DNA of 63,855 nucleotides, filler included, from Octopus bimaculoides (GCF_001194135.2; 9 parts of 8 records of this genome joined end to end with filler, not necessarily neighbours in it), one strand, 5' to 3'; shown: positions 36,081 through 46,835, counted from the whole stretch's first letter. Numbers and translations: made by a program. Notes: generated by a model from the sequence alone, not told the origin.

Positions 36081-37139
36081 CCATTCCTGCGTCTATAATG
36101 AATTATTTTTATGATATTACTTTCATAAATTATTTTAAAGATGTTACTTTCTTAAATTCCTCCCTTCTTTTGCTAGTAATTACATTTTGCAATAATAATT
36201 TCTATATTTTATTTTATTCTCACATTTATTTAGAATATCTGCAAGGAGCAAAAGAAAAAAAAAAATGAAACAAAAATACTTTGAAACATTTTTAGTTCGT
36301 GACGCAAATTATGTATGTAGGTATGGGCATACATACTTGCGCACACACAAACACATAAACACAGACACACACGTGTATGTATGCATATATATATATATAC
36401 ATATATACACACATATCATACCTGATTCTGGTTATTTCATATACATATGTATCAGTATTTCCACGTGCTTCCTGCTTATATATATGTGTATATATGTGTG
36501 TGTGTGTGCATATATATATATTTATATATATATATATATATACACACGTATATAATTTGATAGATACACGTATGCATGCACACATACACGCAGGCACACA
36601 CGCACACACACATGAAACTTATAAAAACTCAACATAAAAATTCATCATCAAAAATTTAATTTCGTATATAAAATAGTAGACAGACAGACAGACAGACAGA
36701 TATTCTGATTTTGTGAGTGATTCAGAGAATAATTGGTTGCTTGATTAAGAGAGACAGCTAGTTAGCTAGTTAGCTGGGTAAATTAGAACGAGAAAGAAAT
36801 AGAGAGATAGCGAAACAGCGAAAAGATAGAGATAGAGAGAAACTGAAATAGCGTCTGTCCCTGTCTCTGTCTCCACGCGCGTGTGAGTGCATGTGTGGTA
36901 TTAAAAACAACTTTAACAGATTGACATGGATTGTGGAAAAAAGGCTTCCAGATCACCTTGATGGTACGTCATAAGTGTTGAAGACCCCCCCCCCCTCAAG
37001 GTGTGGGAACATGATGAAATGAGTTATTTCTAAGCGCAAACCGTCCCCATTTTATATTTTGTACAAGTGATTCGCAGTTGGAAACATCTGCTGCAGTTTT
37101 AAAAAATCGTCTAAGACTTATCGCCCGGTATATATATAT

Positions 37140-37690
37140 TCTTTCATTTGTTTCAGTCACTTGACTGCGGCCATGCTGGAGCACCGCCTTTATTCGAACA
37201 AGTCGACCCTATGACTCATTCTTTGTAAGCCTACTATTTATTCTATCGGTATCCTTTGCCGAACCGCTAAGTTACGGGGACGTAGGCACACCAACATCGA
37301 TCCGGTGATGGCGGGTGTCAAACACAGACATACAAACATACACACAGACACACAGATATATAGTTGAAGTTTACAGAAAAAACAAAAGACGAAGACGGGT
37401 GTATGAACAACAAGCAGGTATATTAGTTTGACGCTCGGGAAAGTGAGAAAGTCTTTTACGTTTCGAGCCAACGCTCTTCAACAGAAAGGAATATGAGGAA
37501 ATAAACAGAGAGAGAATAAAACAAAAATGTGAGGTTTAGCCTTCAACCATGGCATATATATATACGACAAGCTTCTCTCAGTTTCCGTCAACCAAATCCA
37601 CTCAGAAAGCTTTGGTCGGCCCGATGCTATAAAGAAGACAGTTTCCCGAGGACGCCACGCAGTGGAACAGAACCCGGAGCCATGTGTATG
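37140..37690 (-). mobile_element. SINE family A split by a PLE-like hammerhead-bearing insert (about 37360-37545)
   Basis: SINE tail at 37140-37345 and head at 37560-37690. The insert abuts (TA)n. Confidence 0.7.
37452..37488 (-). ncRNA. Minimal type I hammerhead ribozyme motif with mutated core (probably inactive)
   Basis: Minus strand CUUU-CUGUUGA-A-GAGC(guug)GCUC-GAAA-C-GUA-AAAG. Stems I and II and the palindromic ACGU stem III are present, but A6 is changed to U. Confidence 0.6.
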
Positions 37691-38100
37691 TATGTATGTG
37701 TATGTTGGTTTGTGTGCTGTTAAAATGTAATAATAAGACAATGATAGTATCTGCAACTCTGTTATTGTTATCGTTGTTGGTGGTATTATTGTTATATTAC
37801 ATTTGTATTTGCGCTCGTCTCCCCGGGACTCTGATAATTTCATCGATGGAAAGTAACGTAGATCTTATACCCAGATGACTGAGAAAAATCCAACAAGTTT
37901 TAATCGTAGTCCGTCTGACGGAGATCCCACGCACGGCTGTTGCTGGAGAATATGCAACTATACCGGAATTATACAGCCTAAGCTTGTATAACGTTATATG
38001 AAGAATAATCACAGTAACTTAAAAGTAGAGTGTGGTGCAGAAACAAATGTTGGGAACTAATATTGAAATCTCGTGTTATATTTCTTTAAAATAAATACGT

Positions 38101-38147
<47 letters not shown>

Positions 38148-38209
38148 CATACAAAACATACATACAACCATACATTTATTATATAAATCTGTCTATCTAC
38201 CTAACTATC

Positions 38210-38271
<62 letters not shown>

Positions 38272-39339
38272 AATATGTATATGTGTGTGTTCCTCTCTGT
38301 GTGTGCCAATAGCGCCTACAGGGAGATTTTTCTCTGTTAATTACATGGATAATCTCAGTTAATCGAAGTTTTTCAATTCGCTATATTACATACGGCAGAT
38401 GCTATACATTTATCTTCTTACACACTCACCAACACGCTCGTACACACATGGCCTAATAGAGTATCTTCTAATTTATCTAATGAGATATCTACTCACCAAA
38501 CTAGCTCCCTCTATTTAAGACGGAGACGCACACACACTCACGGTCGTTCGTGCACAAAAATATACTTAAATACCCAAACTTACGCACAGAATTGATTAAT
38601 GATTTCGCGATACAGTGAAGAAGGTTTTCACAGGCTTATATAAATGTATATGTATACACTAGAAATATGAATGCGAATATGATTTAACGTAAATACGTTA
38701 TAACGGTAGTTTGTATTCAAGATGCCATATAGCTATGAACTTATAATGTATTATGATAAATAAATATATACATATCTATCTTTCTATCTATCTATCTATC
38801 TATCACTCCTTCTNNNNNNNNNNNNNNNNNNNNNNNNNNNNNNNNNNNNNNNNNNNNNNNNNNNNNNNNNNNNNNNNNNNNNNNNNNNNNNNNNNNNNNN
38901 NNNNNNNNNNNNNNNNNNNNNNNNNNNNNNNNNNNNNNNNNNNNNNNNNNNNNNNNNNNNNNNNNNNNNNNNNNNNNNNNNNNNNNNNNNNNNNNNNNNN
39001 NNNNNNNNNNNNNNNNNNNNNNNNNNNNNNNNNNNNNNNNNNNNNNNNNNNNNNNNNNNNNNNNNNNNNNNNNNNNNNNNNNNNNNNNNNNNNNNNNNNN
39101 NNNNNNNNNNNNNNNNNNNNNTGTTGGCGAAGGGCAAAGATCAGCACACACCCATAAACACCTAAATATAGACATGTAAAAGGTTTCTGTACAGTTTCCA
39201 TCAGCTAAATTCACTCAAAATTTATGTGTCGGACAAGCGCTCCAGTAGAAGACATTCACCTTAGGAAACATTCGCAGTGGGACTGGTCCCTAAATTCCGC
39301 GGTTGCAAAGCGAGCCTTTAAACAACAAAACTATATCTG

Positions 39340-39505
39340 CACCTTTCTTTCACGTTCTGAGTCAATATTCTGCCGAGATAGACGTTTGCCCTTTCATCCT
39401 TTCGGGGTCGATAAAATAAGTGCTAGTCAAGTACTGGGGGTTGATGTAATCGGCTTGCTCCCTTCTTCGTAATTGGTGGGCCTTGTGCCAAAATTTGATA
39501 CCATA
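39340..39505 (+). mobile_element. SINE family B partial (degenerate family A head precedes at about 39170-39305, minus)
   Basis: GTTCTGAGTC..TTCTGCCGAG..TTTGCCCTTTCATCCTTTCGGGGTCGATAAAATAAGT. Confidence 0.75.
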
Positions 39506-39667
39506 TAAGCAAAAGTATGTATAAGACTATGTATGACCCCCCCACCCCGACTCGAAGTAAACAATGCAGCGGTACCTTTATTCCCATGTTCATTTTTTTT
39601 CTCTATTTTCCTTGCCTTTCTGAGTTTCGTTCTTAAGCTCATCGCAATATCTCTCTCTCACATACTT

Positions 39668-39708
<41 letters not shown>

Positions 39709-40159
39709 AACACACATACAAACCTCATAGTTGCCATGTCCTTTAATAATTCCGACTCTCTTTTCTCTACACCAGACATAAAATTTCCGGTAGAGTCTAT
39801 TTCTTTTCTTCGTGATTCTTTCATTACTTCTTTTATCTTTGCTTTTCTCCCCTACTTTCACTTTCTTCTTTCTTTCTGTCTNNNNNNNNNNNNNNNNNNN
39901 NNNNNNNNNNNNNNNNNNNNNNNNNTTAATTAATTAANNNNNNNNNNNNNNNNNNNNNNNNNNNNNNNNNNNNNNNNNNNNTATATATATGCATGTATGT
40001 ATACATATAGATGTAGGTATGTACATATATGTATGGACATATGCATATATCTATATATTTATATTATTATTATATATATATATGCATGTATGTATACATA
40101 TAGATGTAGGTATGTACATATATGTATGGATATATGCATATATCTATATATTGATATAT

Positions 40160-40280
40160 ATATATTGGTTTCAAATTTTGGTACAAAATTAGCAATTTTA
40201 GTGGAGAGGGTAAGTCAATTGCCTCAAGAGGATGAAGAGCAAAGTTGACCTCGGTGCAATTTAGAACTCAGAGCATGTTG
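40160..40280 (-). mobile_element. Degenerate SINE family B fragment
   Basis: TTTCAAATTTTGGTACAA...AAAGTTGACCTCGGTGCAATTTAGAACTCAGA. Confidence 0.55.
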
Positions 40281-40660
40281 TTGGCACTCCATTGCTTACG
40301 ACATCGAGGGTTCCAGCTGATCCAATTAATGGAACAGCCTGCTCGTGAAATTAACGTGCAAGTGGCTGAGCACTCCACAGACACGTGTACCCTTAATGTA
40401 GTTCTCGGGGATATTCAGCGTGACACATTGTGACAAGGTTGGCCCTTTGAATTACAGGCACAGCAGAAACAGGAAGTAAGAGTGAGAGAAAGTTGTGGTG
40501 AAAGAGTACAGCAGGGTTTGCCACCAACCCCTGCCGGAGCCTTGTGGAGCTTTAGGTGTTTTCGCTCAATAAACACTCATAATGCCCGGTCTGGGAATCG
40601 AAACCGTGATCCTATGACCGGGAGTCCGTTGCCCTAACCACTGGGCCATTGCGCTTCCAC
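40281..40660 (-). mobile_element. SINE family C (OR1-like), full length
   Basis: Minus strand begins GTGGAAGCGCAATGGCCCAGTGGTTAGGGCA..GGTTTCGATTCCCAG (A and B boxes) and ends GGAGTGCCAACAAC. Confidence 0.9.
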
Positions 40661-41009
40661 ACTTAGAGCATAAAGACAGATGAAATACCATTAAACATCC
40701 TGCTTGGCAGGTTAATGTTTTGGCCAGTTTGCCATGTGTGTGCGTGTGTGTGTGTGTGCGTACATAAAGTATAACAAGAAATATAACAATGAGAAGAGTA
40801 ATGTAGCCACAACCAACATATATGAAACAAGCAGAGGTGAAGATGTTGTGAAACAAAACAATTCAACCCGCCAACTAACCAAGCAACCAATTAACCAAGC
40901 AACTAACCAAGTAGCCAAGCAATCATACCATCTGCACAGTGTAGTACACTGTGCATCAATACACATCACAGAAAGTGTTGAATTCAAAACATAAAGATAT
41001 GTAATTAAT

Positions 41010-41215
41010 ATTATAGGCACAAGGCCTGAAATTTGGTGGGGGAGGGGGTAAGCTGATTACACTGTCCCCAGTGCGTAACTGGTACTTATTTCATCAACCC
41101 CAAAAGGATGATAGGCAAAATCAACTTCAGTGGAATTTGAACTCGGAATCTAGCGACAGGCCAAATACAGCTAAGCATTTCAACCAGCATGCTAATGATT
41201 CTGCCAGCATGCCGC
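41010..41215 (-). mobile_element. SINE family B
   Basis: GGCACAAGGCCTGAAATTT...AACTGGTACTTATTT...GGAATTTGAACTCGG...TTCTGCCAGC. Confidence 0.8.
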
Positions 41216-41283
41216 AATAATAATAATAATAATAATAATATTTTAAAAAGGAGTGACGTAACTCTTCACAATGGTAAACAGTC

Positions 41284-41507
41284 AAGACGAAGAGCGTGAT
41301 TCGATTGTAAGATATTTTATTCGTTGAACGATATTTCAACAGTACGTTTATGTGGACGCTGGTTGCTCTCGTTCATACTTTACGTTTACATTTCTGTAAT
41401 TTTGAATTTTTATCACTTCTTATTTTGAACTTGACAAAAACAGACGTTCTGTTGAAATATCGTTCAACTAATAAAATATCTTACGATCGAATCGCACTCT
41501 TTGTCTT
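41284..41507. mobile_element. MITE with ~64-bp terminal inverted repeats
   Basis: Left arm AAGACGAAGAGCGTGATTCGATTGTAAGATATTTTATTCGTTGAACGATATTTCAACAGTACGT matches the reverse complement of 41444-41507 with about 6 mismatches. Confidence 0.85.
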
Positions 41508-41549
41508 AATAATAATAATAATAATGTGATGATGATGATGATGATGATG

Positions 41550-41750
41550 ATTTTCAAATTTTGGCACAAGACCAGGAATTTTACAGGAGGGTGCTAGTTG
41601 ATTATATCGGCCCCAGTGTTCAACTGGTACTTAATTTATCAACCCTGAAAGGCAAAGGTGGCCTCAGCGGAAATTGAACTCGGAATGTAGTGATGGGAGA
41701 AATACTGCCAAGCATTTCATCCAGCATGCTAACAATTCTGCCAGCTCACC
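41550..41750 (-). mobile_element. SINE family B
   Basis: TTTTCAAATTTTGGCACAAG...CAACTGGTACTTAATTTATC...TTCTGCCAGCTCACC. Confidence 0.8.
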
Positions 41751-41814
41751 TAGCACCTACTCCTCCAAAATTTCAGGCCCTGTCCCTATAGTTCAAAGAA
41801 TGATTTTAAAAGAA

Positions 41815-42205
41815 TTCTGTGATTGTGTGGTGAAAAGCTTGCATTCCAACCACATTGTTCCACTATGTGGGCACCTTAGGCAAGTGTCTTTTACTATAGC
41901 CTTGGGCCAACAAAAGTCTTGTGAGTGGATTTGGTAGACAGAAACTGAAAGAAGCCTGTCATATACGTGTGTGTGTGTGTGTGTGTGTGTGTCTGTGTTT
42001 GTCCCTACATCACTGCTTGACAACCAGTATCGGTGTGTTTATGTGTCCTAACTTAGTAGTTCAGCAAAATAGACTGTTTAAGCCTAGTACTTATTCTATC
42101 AAATAAGTCCTGGGACCGATTTGTTTGAGTAAAACATTTCAAGGAGGTGCTCCAGCATGGCCACAGTCAAATGACTAAAACAAGTAAAAGAATAAAAGAA
42201 AAGAA
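41815..42205 (+). mobile_element. SINE family A, full length
   Basis: Head, CORE CACCTTAGGCAAGTGTCTT, (TG)n spacer and tail GGTGCTCCAGCATGGCCACAGTCAAATGACTAAAACAAGTAAAAGAATAAAAG. Confidence 0.9.
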
Positions 42206-42439
42206 ATTTTTTAAAATTACAAATTTTAGCCCATACATAAATCAAGACCTGACACAAGTTGATTACATTCCGCACTCCTTTGAAAGTGTTAACACAAAGG
42301 GAAGTTTAGTTTAGTGCACTGCAATGTATTATAAACCACTGAAGCTTATTGTCACAGAGCACAGTATATTGTTTTGCAGTGGAGCACATAGCAACATATC
42401 ACATGTTTTGTTTGCACTGTATGATACCAAACTATTGAA

Positions 42440-42679
42440 TTAATGACAGAGCTTCTAGGATAGTTGTTTGACTTGTTAAGGATAACAATCAAAACACCTT
42501 CAAATCATGCCCAACTGTGTGAAGAAAAGGTAGAGCACACATTGGATAATGTAAATCCTAGATACCTTAAGTCTAGATAATGTATATATATATATTTCAA
42601 GATGTTGTGATCGTCACAGATGGAATACCTATACCTTCAAATATAGGTCTGTTTGATTTTGGAGCTGATCTAGGGTTAA
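42440..42679. mobile_element. Possible piggyBac-type MITE end (terminates GGG-TTAA); a possibly related internal piece lies at about 51210-51390
   Basis: Ends GCTGATCTAGGGTTAA. The family assignment rests on recall of octopus repeats. Confidence 0.35.
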
Positions 42680-43014
42680 GCTACTACTACTACTACTACT
42701 AATGCTAGCACCACCACTAACACAACTACTACTACCACCACCACTATGCTTACTAATACCACCACCACTATTGCTACTACAACTACCACCACTACTATCA
42801 CTACTAATTCCATCACTACTATTACCAACACCACCATCAATACTACAACTACTACTACCATCACCACCAATACTACTACTATTATCACCACTATCACTAC
42901 TACTACTACTACTATTATTACTATAGCTTCAGGCCAACCTCTGCTTTGAGGGAATTTAGTTGTTCTGTTAATCACAACTGAAACTCTCATCATTGTAACC
43001 GAGAGAGTGCTACT

Positions 43015-43276
43015 ACATTATTTACATTATTTACATTTGACGGATATTTGTCCTCAACTTGTTTGTTGTTAACACAACGTTTCGGCTGATATACCCTCCA
43101 GCCTTCTTCAGGTGTCTTGGGGAAATTTCAAACCTGGGTTCTCATTCCTAAGGCATTTTTCAATGTTGTTGTTGTTATTATTATTATTATTGTTATTATT
43201 ATTCAAGTCACTGCCTGGAATCGAACTCGGAATCTTGGGGTTAGTAGCCCATGCTCTTAACCACTACAACATGCCC
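43015..43276 (-). mobile_element. tRNA-headed SINE with a 3' tail containing a PLE-type hammerhead ribozyme
   Basis: Minus strand: tRNA-like head at 43276-43206 (A-box-like TGTAGTGG, anticodon-like arm TGGG-CTACTAA-CCCA, B-box GAGTTCGATTCC), (AAT/AAC)n spacer, hammerhead, then an (AAATAATGT)n tail. Confidence 0.8.
43071..43116 (-). ncRNA. Minimal type I hammerhead ribozyme
   Basis: GACAC-CUGAAGA-A-GGCUG(gagggtatat)CAGCC-GAAA-C-GUU|GUGUU. Core intact, 5-bp stems I and II, palindromic ACGU stem III (dimer-type). Confidence 0.8.
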
Positions 43277-43429
43277 ATGCTAATAATTTTACTCTTGAAA
43301 TTAAGTGTGCCATTCAGAAAATATCACAGGCCTTAGTTTTCCCACAACTGGATTAAACTCATCAAGACAATACCCTACCATAGCAGCAGTCCAATGACTG
43401 AAACAAGTAAAAGAAAAGCAATCTGTATA

Positions 43430-43840
43430 TCCTATTTAACACAAATGTATTATTAGAATGCCATATTACTGCTGTATTGACCTTGAGAGATCCTCATATA
43501 AACACATAGTGCTAAAATCACAGACATATCATTACCAGATGACAATCATCTAGCATGGGTACTGGAACTGCTGGATCACATAATTTCAGCATACATGTGC
43601 TTCTTCAGTAGCAGGCATCCACTTGCCACATGCCAGCCAAATCCCACCATCAACAATATACAGAATAACAGAGAATGATCAGTCACTGATGTCACAAATA
43701 GGCCACAGGCTCTTTTAAAAACAAATATTAGAAACAGAAGCAGTATGAAAACCAAATGGTATTCTTTATGTCCTACTTAACATAGATGTATTGTTAGAAT
43801 GCCATAATACTGCAGTATTTTCCTCAAGAGATCTTATCAT
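43430..43840 (-). repeat. 341-bp tandem unit (about 1.2 copies) containing a hammerhead motif
   Basis: TCCTA.TTAACA..ATGTATT.TTAGAATGCCATA.TACTGC.GTATT starts at both 43430 and 43771. Confidence 0.7.
43568..43614 (-). ncRNA. Degenerate type I hammerhead ribozyme motif
   Basis: CUGCUA-CUGAAGA-AGCA(caugua)UGCU-GAAA-UU(augu)GA-UC|CAGCAG. Core intact, C1.1-A2.1 mismatch, weak stem III. Confidence 0.5.
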
Positions 43841-44062
43841 AAAAATTCACAATACCATGGTGTTTTATTAGCAAATACCAAGATAGGACTACACATCAGA
43901 CTACATTTAACTGCACAGCACTAGTCTTACACTATAGAACACTGTATAAAACCTTATAGCATATATATGCACTACAACCCAGCATGTTTCACTACAGATT
44001 ACACCAATAACCATAGCAGTAAATATGAAGCATTAAAAAATTTTCCAAACCCCAAAATAATC

Positions 44063-44100
<38 letters not shown>

Positions 44101-44115
44101 CTTGTATTAAGTTAC

Positions 44116-44355
44116 CTGGAGACCAGCACAGTGCAAAGTGTCGTAGATCGGAGGGTGAAGTTGAGAAGGTGGTGATGGTGGTAGAGGTGGTGGAGGAGGT
44201 GGAAAAGTATCCTGATCTGGAGGATGGAGGTGATGAAGATGATGATGATGATGATGATGCTGTAGTAGTACCGTTGTGTTGTAGTTACTGGAAGTCCTTC
44301 TGTCGCTTTCAAAGTTAGTGTCTCCGATCTGTTGCAACCATCCCTTGATGGCCTT
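44116..44355 (-). CDS. Candidate 240-nt symmetric exon, His/Pro-rich, gene unknown
   Basis: Branch-like GCTAAAC, acceptor TGTCCCCCTTCAG| and donor CCAG|GTAACT. Phase-0 frame: KAIKGWLQQIGDTNFESDRRTSSNYNTTVLLQHHHHHHHLHHLHPPDQDTFPPPPPPLPPSPPSQLHPPIYDTLHCAGLQ. A second frame is also open. Confidence 0.45.
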
Positions 44356-44516
44356 CTGAAGGGGGACAGGCATGTTTAGCATGGCACACAAATGATATTT
44401 AGCAGTCATGAGATAAAATGAAAGATTTGAAGATTGATTCGCGCGCGCGCGTGCGTGTGTGTGTGTGTGTGTGTGTGTGCGTGTGTGCGTGCGTGTACAC
44501 ACACATGCTTATATAT

Positions 44517-44730
44517 TGTTGATTAGTATATTCCTGGTTATTGCACAATATAATCAGTCAGAAAGTTACCATCGGTTTCATGCCTACTACTGCACTTGGG
44601 AATGCAAATAACTCGTGATTGTCTGTCTGATGAGCCGTCTGTATTGTCAAGTGAAATAGAAGACATGAAACCAATGGTAAATTTTTGACCAAGTTATATT
44701 GTGCTATAACCAGGAAAATATTACTCAACA
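44517..44730. repeat. 214-bp near-complete foldback (imperfect palindrome), MITE-like
   Basis: TGTTGATTAGTATATTCCTGGTTATTGCACAATATAA pairs with TTATATTGTGCTATAACCAGGAAAATATTACTCAACA, and pairing continues inward (TTACCATCGGTTTCATG / CATGAAACCAATGGTAA) almost to the centre. Confidence 0.85.
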
Positions 44731-44831
44731 GCATAAAAGTGTCAAAGTGTAACTGTTTAAATCCTCCTTCTGAATATCCTCTTTTTTGACTTATGGCTAG
44801 GTGACCAATAGACAAGTGGCCAATGTGTGTC

Positions 44832-44864
<33 letters not shown>

Positions 44865-45104
44865 GACCGCCGCCCTGACTCCACACCTAGCACCCCTACC
44901 CTGCTTCGTCTGGCAGAACTCGTCCTCACCCTCAACTGCTTCACGTTCGCCGGAGATACCTACCAACAGGAATCTGGGGTCGCGATGGGGACGAGAATGG
45001 GGCCCAATTACGCCAACCTCTTTGTTGGTTACATTGAGGCCCAAGTATTCTACCAATTCTCCGGTCCGACCCCGGAACTATACGGTCGCTACATAGATGA
45101 CTGA
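44865..45104 (+). pseudogene. Penelope-like element reverse transcriptase fragment
   Basis: TLLRLAELVLTLNCFTFAGDTYQQESGVAMGTRMGPNYANLFVGYIE...YGRYIDD contains the PLE-type GxAMG..MGP and RYIDD motifs. It starts directly after (TA)n and is cut by a gap. Confidence 0.9.
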
Positions 45105-45210
45105 AGAGGANNNNNNNNNNNNNNNNNNNNNNNNNNNNNNNNNNNNNNNNNNNNTTAATTAATTAANNNNNNNNNNNNNNNNNNNNNNNNNNNNNNNNNN
45201 NNNNNNNNNN

Positions 45211-45265
<55 letters not shown>

Positions 45266-45570
45266 TACATAAATGTATGTATAAACGTTTGTATGTATGT
45301 ATGTGTGTGCATGTGTGTGTGTATGTGTACCAACGGAATCAACAAAAAACACACACACAAAGGAAAACCTGCAAAGTGTTTCTGGTCACTAATTAATTGT
45401 AGAATAAATTAATTAAATTAATTAAGACCTTCAATGAACAGGAGTATAAATGCAAAAGAGAGAATTCACTCTGAGTAGTTTTTCAGATGACAGATAACAG
45501 CTGAGTATACCTCAGATCACACACTACACTATATCTACATGTGTGTATAGATACCACAAAATTTGTCAGT

Positions 45571-45645
45571 GGGCAGTTTAGCTTAATGGTTAAAGCACTC
45601 AGCTGGAATCTTTGAAGGATGTGAGTTCAAGTCCCATAGATGGCT
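45571..45645 (+). pseudogene. Degenerate tRNA-like sequence (tRNA pseudogene or SINE head)
   Basis: A-box TAGCTTAATGG, D-stem GCTT/AAGC, B-box GAGTTCAAGTC. Acceptor and anticodon stems pair poorly. Confidence 0.55.
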
Positions 45646-45699
45646 TTTGACAATTTTTTCTGCTTTGTAATGGTAACACTGGGTAAATTACCATTAATT

Positions 45700-46238
45700 A
45701 ATTAAAATTAATGTTGAGGAAATAGCAGAGAAGCTTGGATTTGGTCATTNNNNNNNNNNAAATTAATGTTGAGGAAATAGCAGAGAAGCTTGGATTTGGT
45801 CATTCAACCAATTATTCAAGTCAACGTTAAAAGAAAAACGACTATCTTTGCCTTCAAGATGAAAGGTGTTCTTCCATCAGGATAATGCTCGGCCACATAC
45901 AACGAAGATGACATTCCAAAGGCTGGAACGGTTCGAATGGGAAATGATGCCCCCACCCACCATTTTCGCCAGATATTGTCTCATTTGATTATCATTTATT
46001 CCGCTGTCTTCAAAATCATTTGGATGGGAAAACTATGGATTCTGTTGATGAGGTCAGAACAATAGTGGAGAAGTGAATTTTGGAAGAGGAGCCTTGCAAG
46101 TCTACCAGATAAGATGGAAGAACATTGTAGAAAATGAAGGAGAGAATATTTTAGATTAAGAAAGAACTTAGTTTGTCTTAATTGTGAAAAACAAAAGATG
46201 TGTAAAAAAAAATGCATTATTTACCGAATGACCCAATA
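45700..46238 (+). pseudogene. Mariner DD34D transposase fossil, internally deleted, with right TIR
   Basis: HTH-like INVEEIAEKLGFGHST is joined to FHQDNARPHT...MPHPPFSPDIVSFDYHLF...RWKNIVENEGENILD-stop, with 34 residues between the Asps. Ends GACCCAATA. Confidence 0.85.
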
Positions 46239-46244
46239 GATACA

Positions 46245-46835
46245 CGATGGGCTTCTTTCTGTTTCCATCTACCAAACCCACTCACAAGGCTTTTGTTGGC
46301 CCAAGGCTATAGTAGAGGACATATATATATATATATATATACATATTTATATAAGGGCATTACTATATAATAACGCCTCACGCCATGAGGGACTCTAAGG
46401 TCAGACTACTATAAAAAAAGCACATTTTTACCGAATGCGAGGAAATGCAACTCTCAAAGCCAACCCCTTAAAAACAGACTAAATTATGGATCATGATTTC
46501 GTAGTTATTGTAGTATTATACAACTTCTACTCGTCAGTATAATATGGTCAAGAAAAATAGAAATAAACAGTGAATCAACATACCAAACGAACACCGTGTA
46601 TCCAGCATAGCATATAGACAACTGTTCATCGCTATTTCCCTATGTAAGTGGCGGGAATTTCGAATTGCATCTCAGTATGTATATACACACACACACATGC
46701 TTCTTCGTCTTTCTATCTGCTAAATCCACTCATATGGTTTTAGTTGGCCCAGGGCTATAGAAGAAGAAACTTGCCCAAGGGGACAAGCAGTGAAACTAAA
46801 CCTACAACCACGTGGTTTGAAAGCAAGCTTCTTAC
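46245..46835 (-). mobile_element. Two SINE family A head fragments (about 46245-46320 and 46695-46835)
   Basis: GGGCTTCTTTC.GTTTCC.TCTACCAAA.CCACTCA..AGGC..T.GTTGGCCC..GGCTATAG. Confidence 0.7.

Noticed and set aside
43206-43276. Functional tRNA genes (also 27533-27605, 40590-40660, 45571-45645)
   Set aside because: Cloverleafs are incomplete. The first three continue into SINE bodies, and the last pairs poorly.
44625-44660. CTGATGA...GAAA inside the foldback as a hammerhead
   Set aside because: No stem II or stem I pairing; the sequence is explained by the palindrome.
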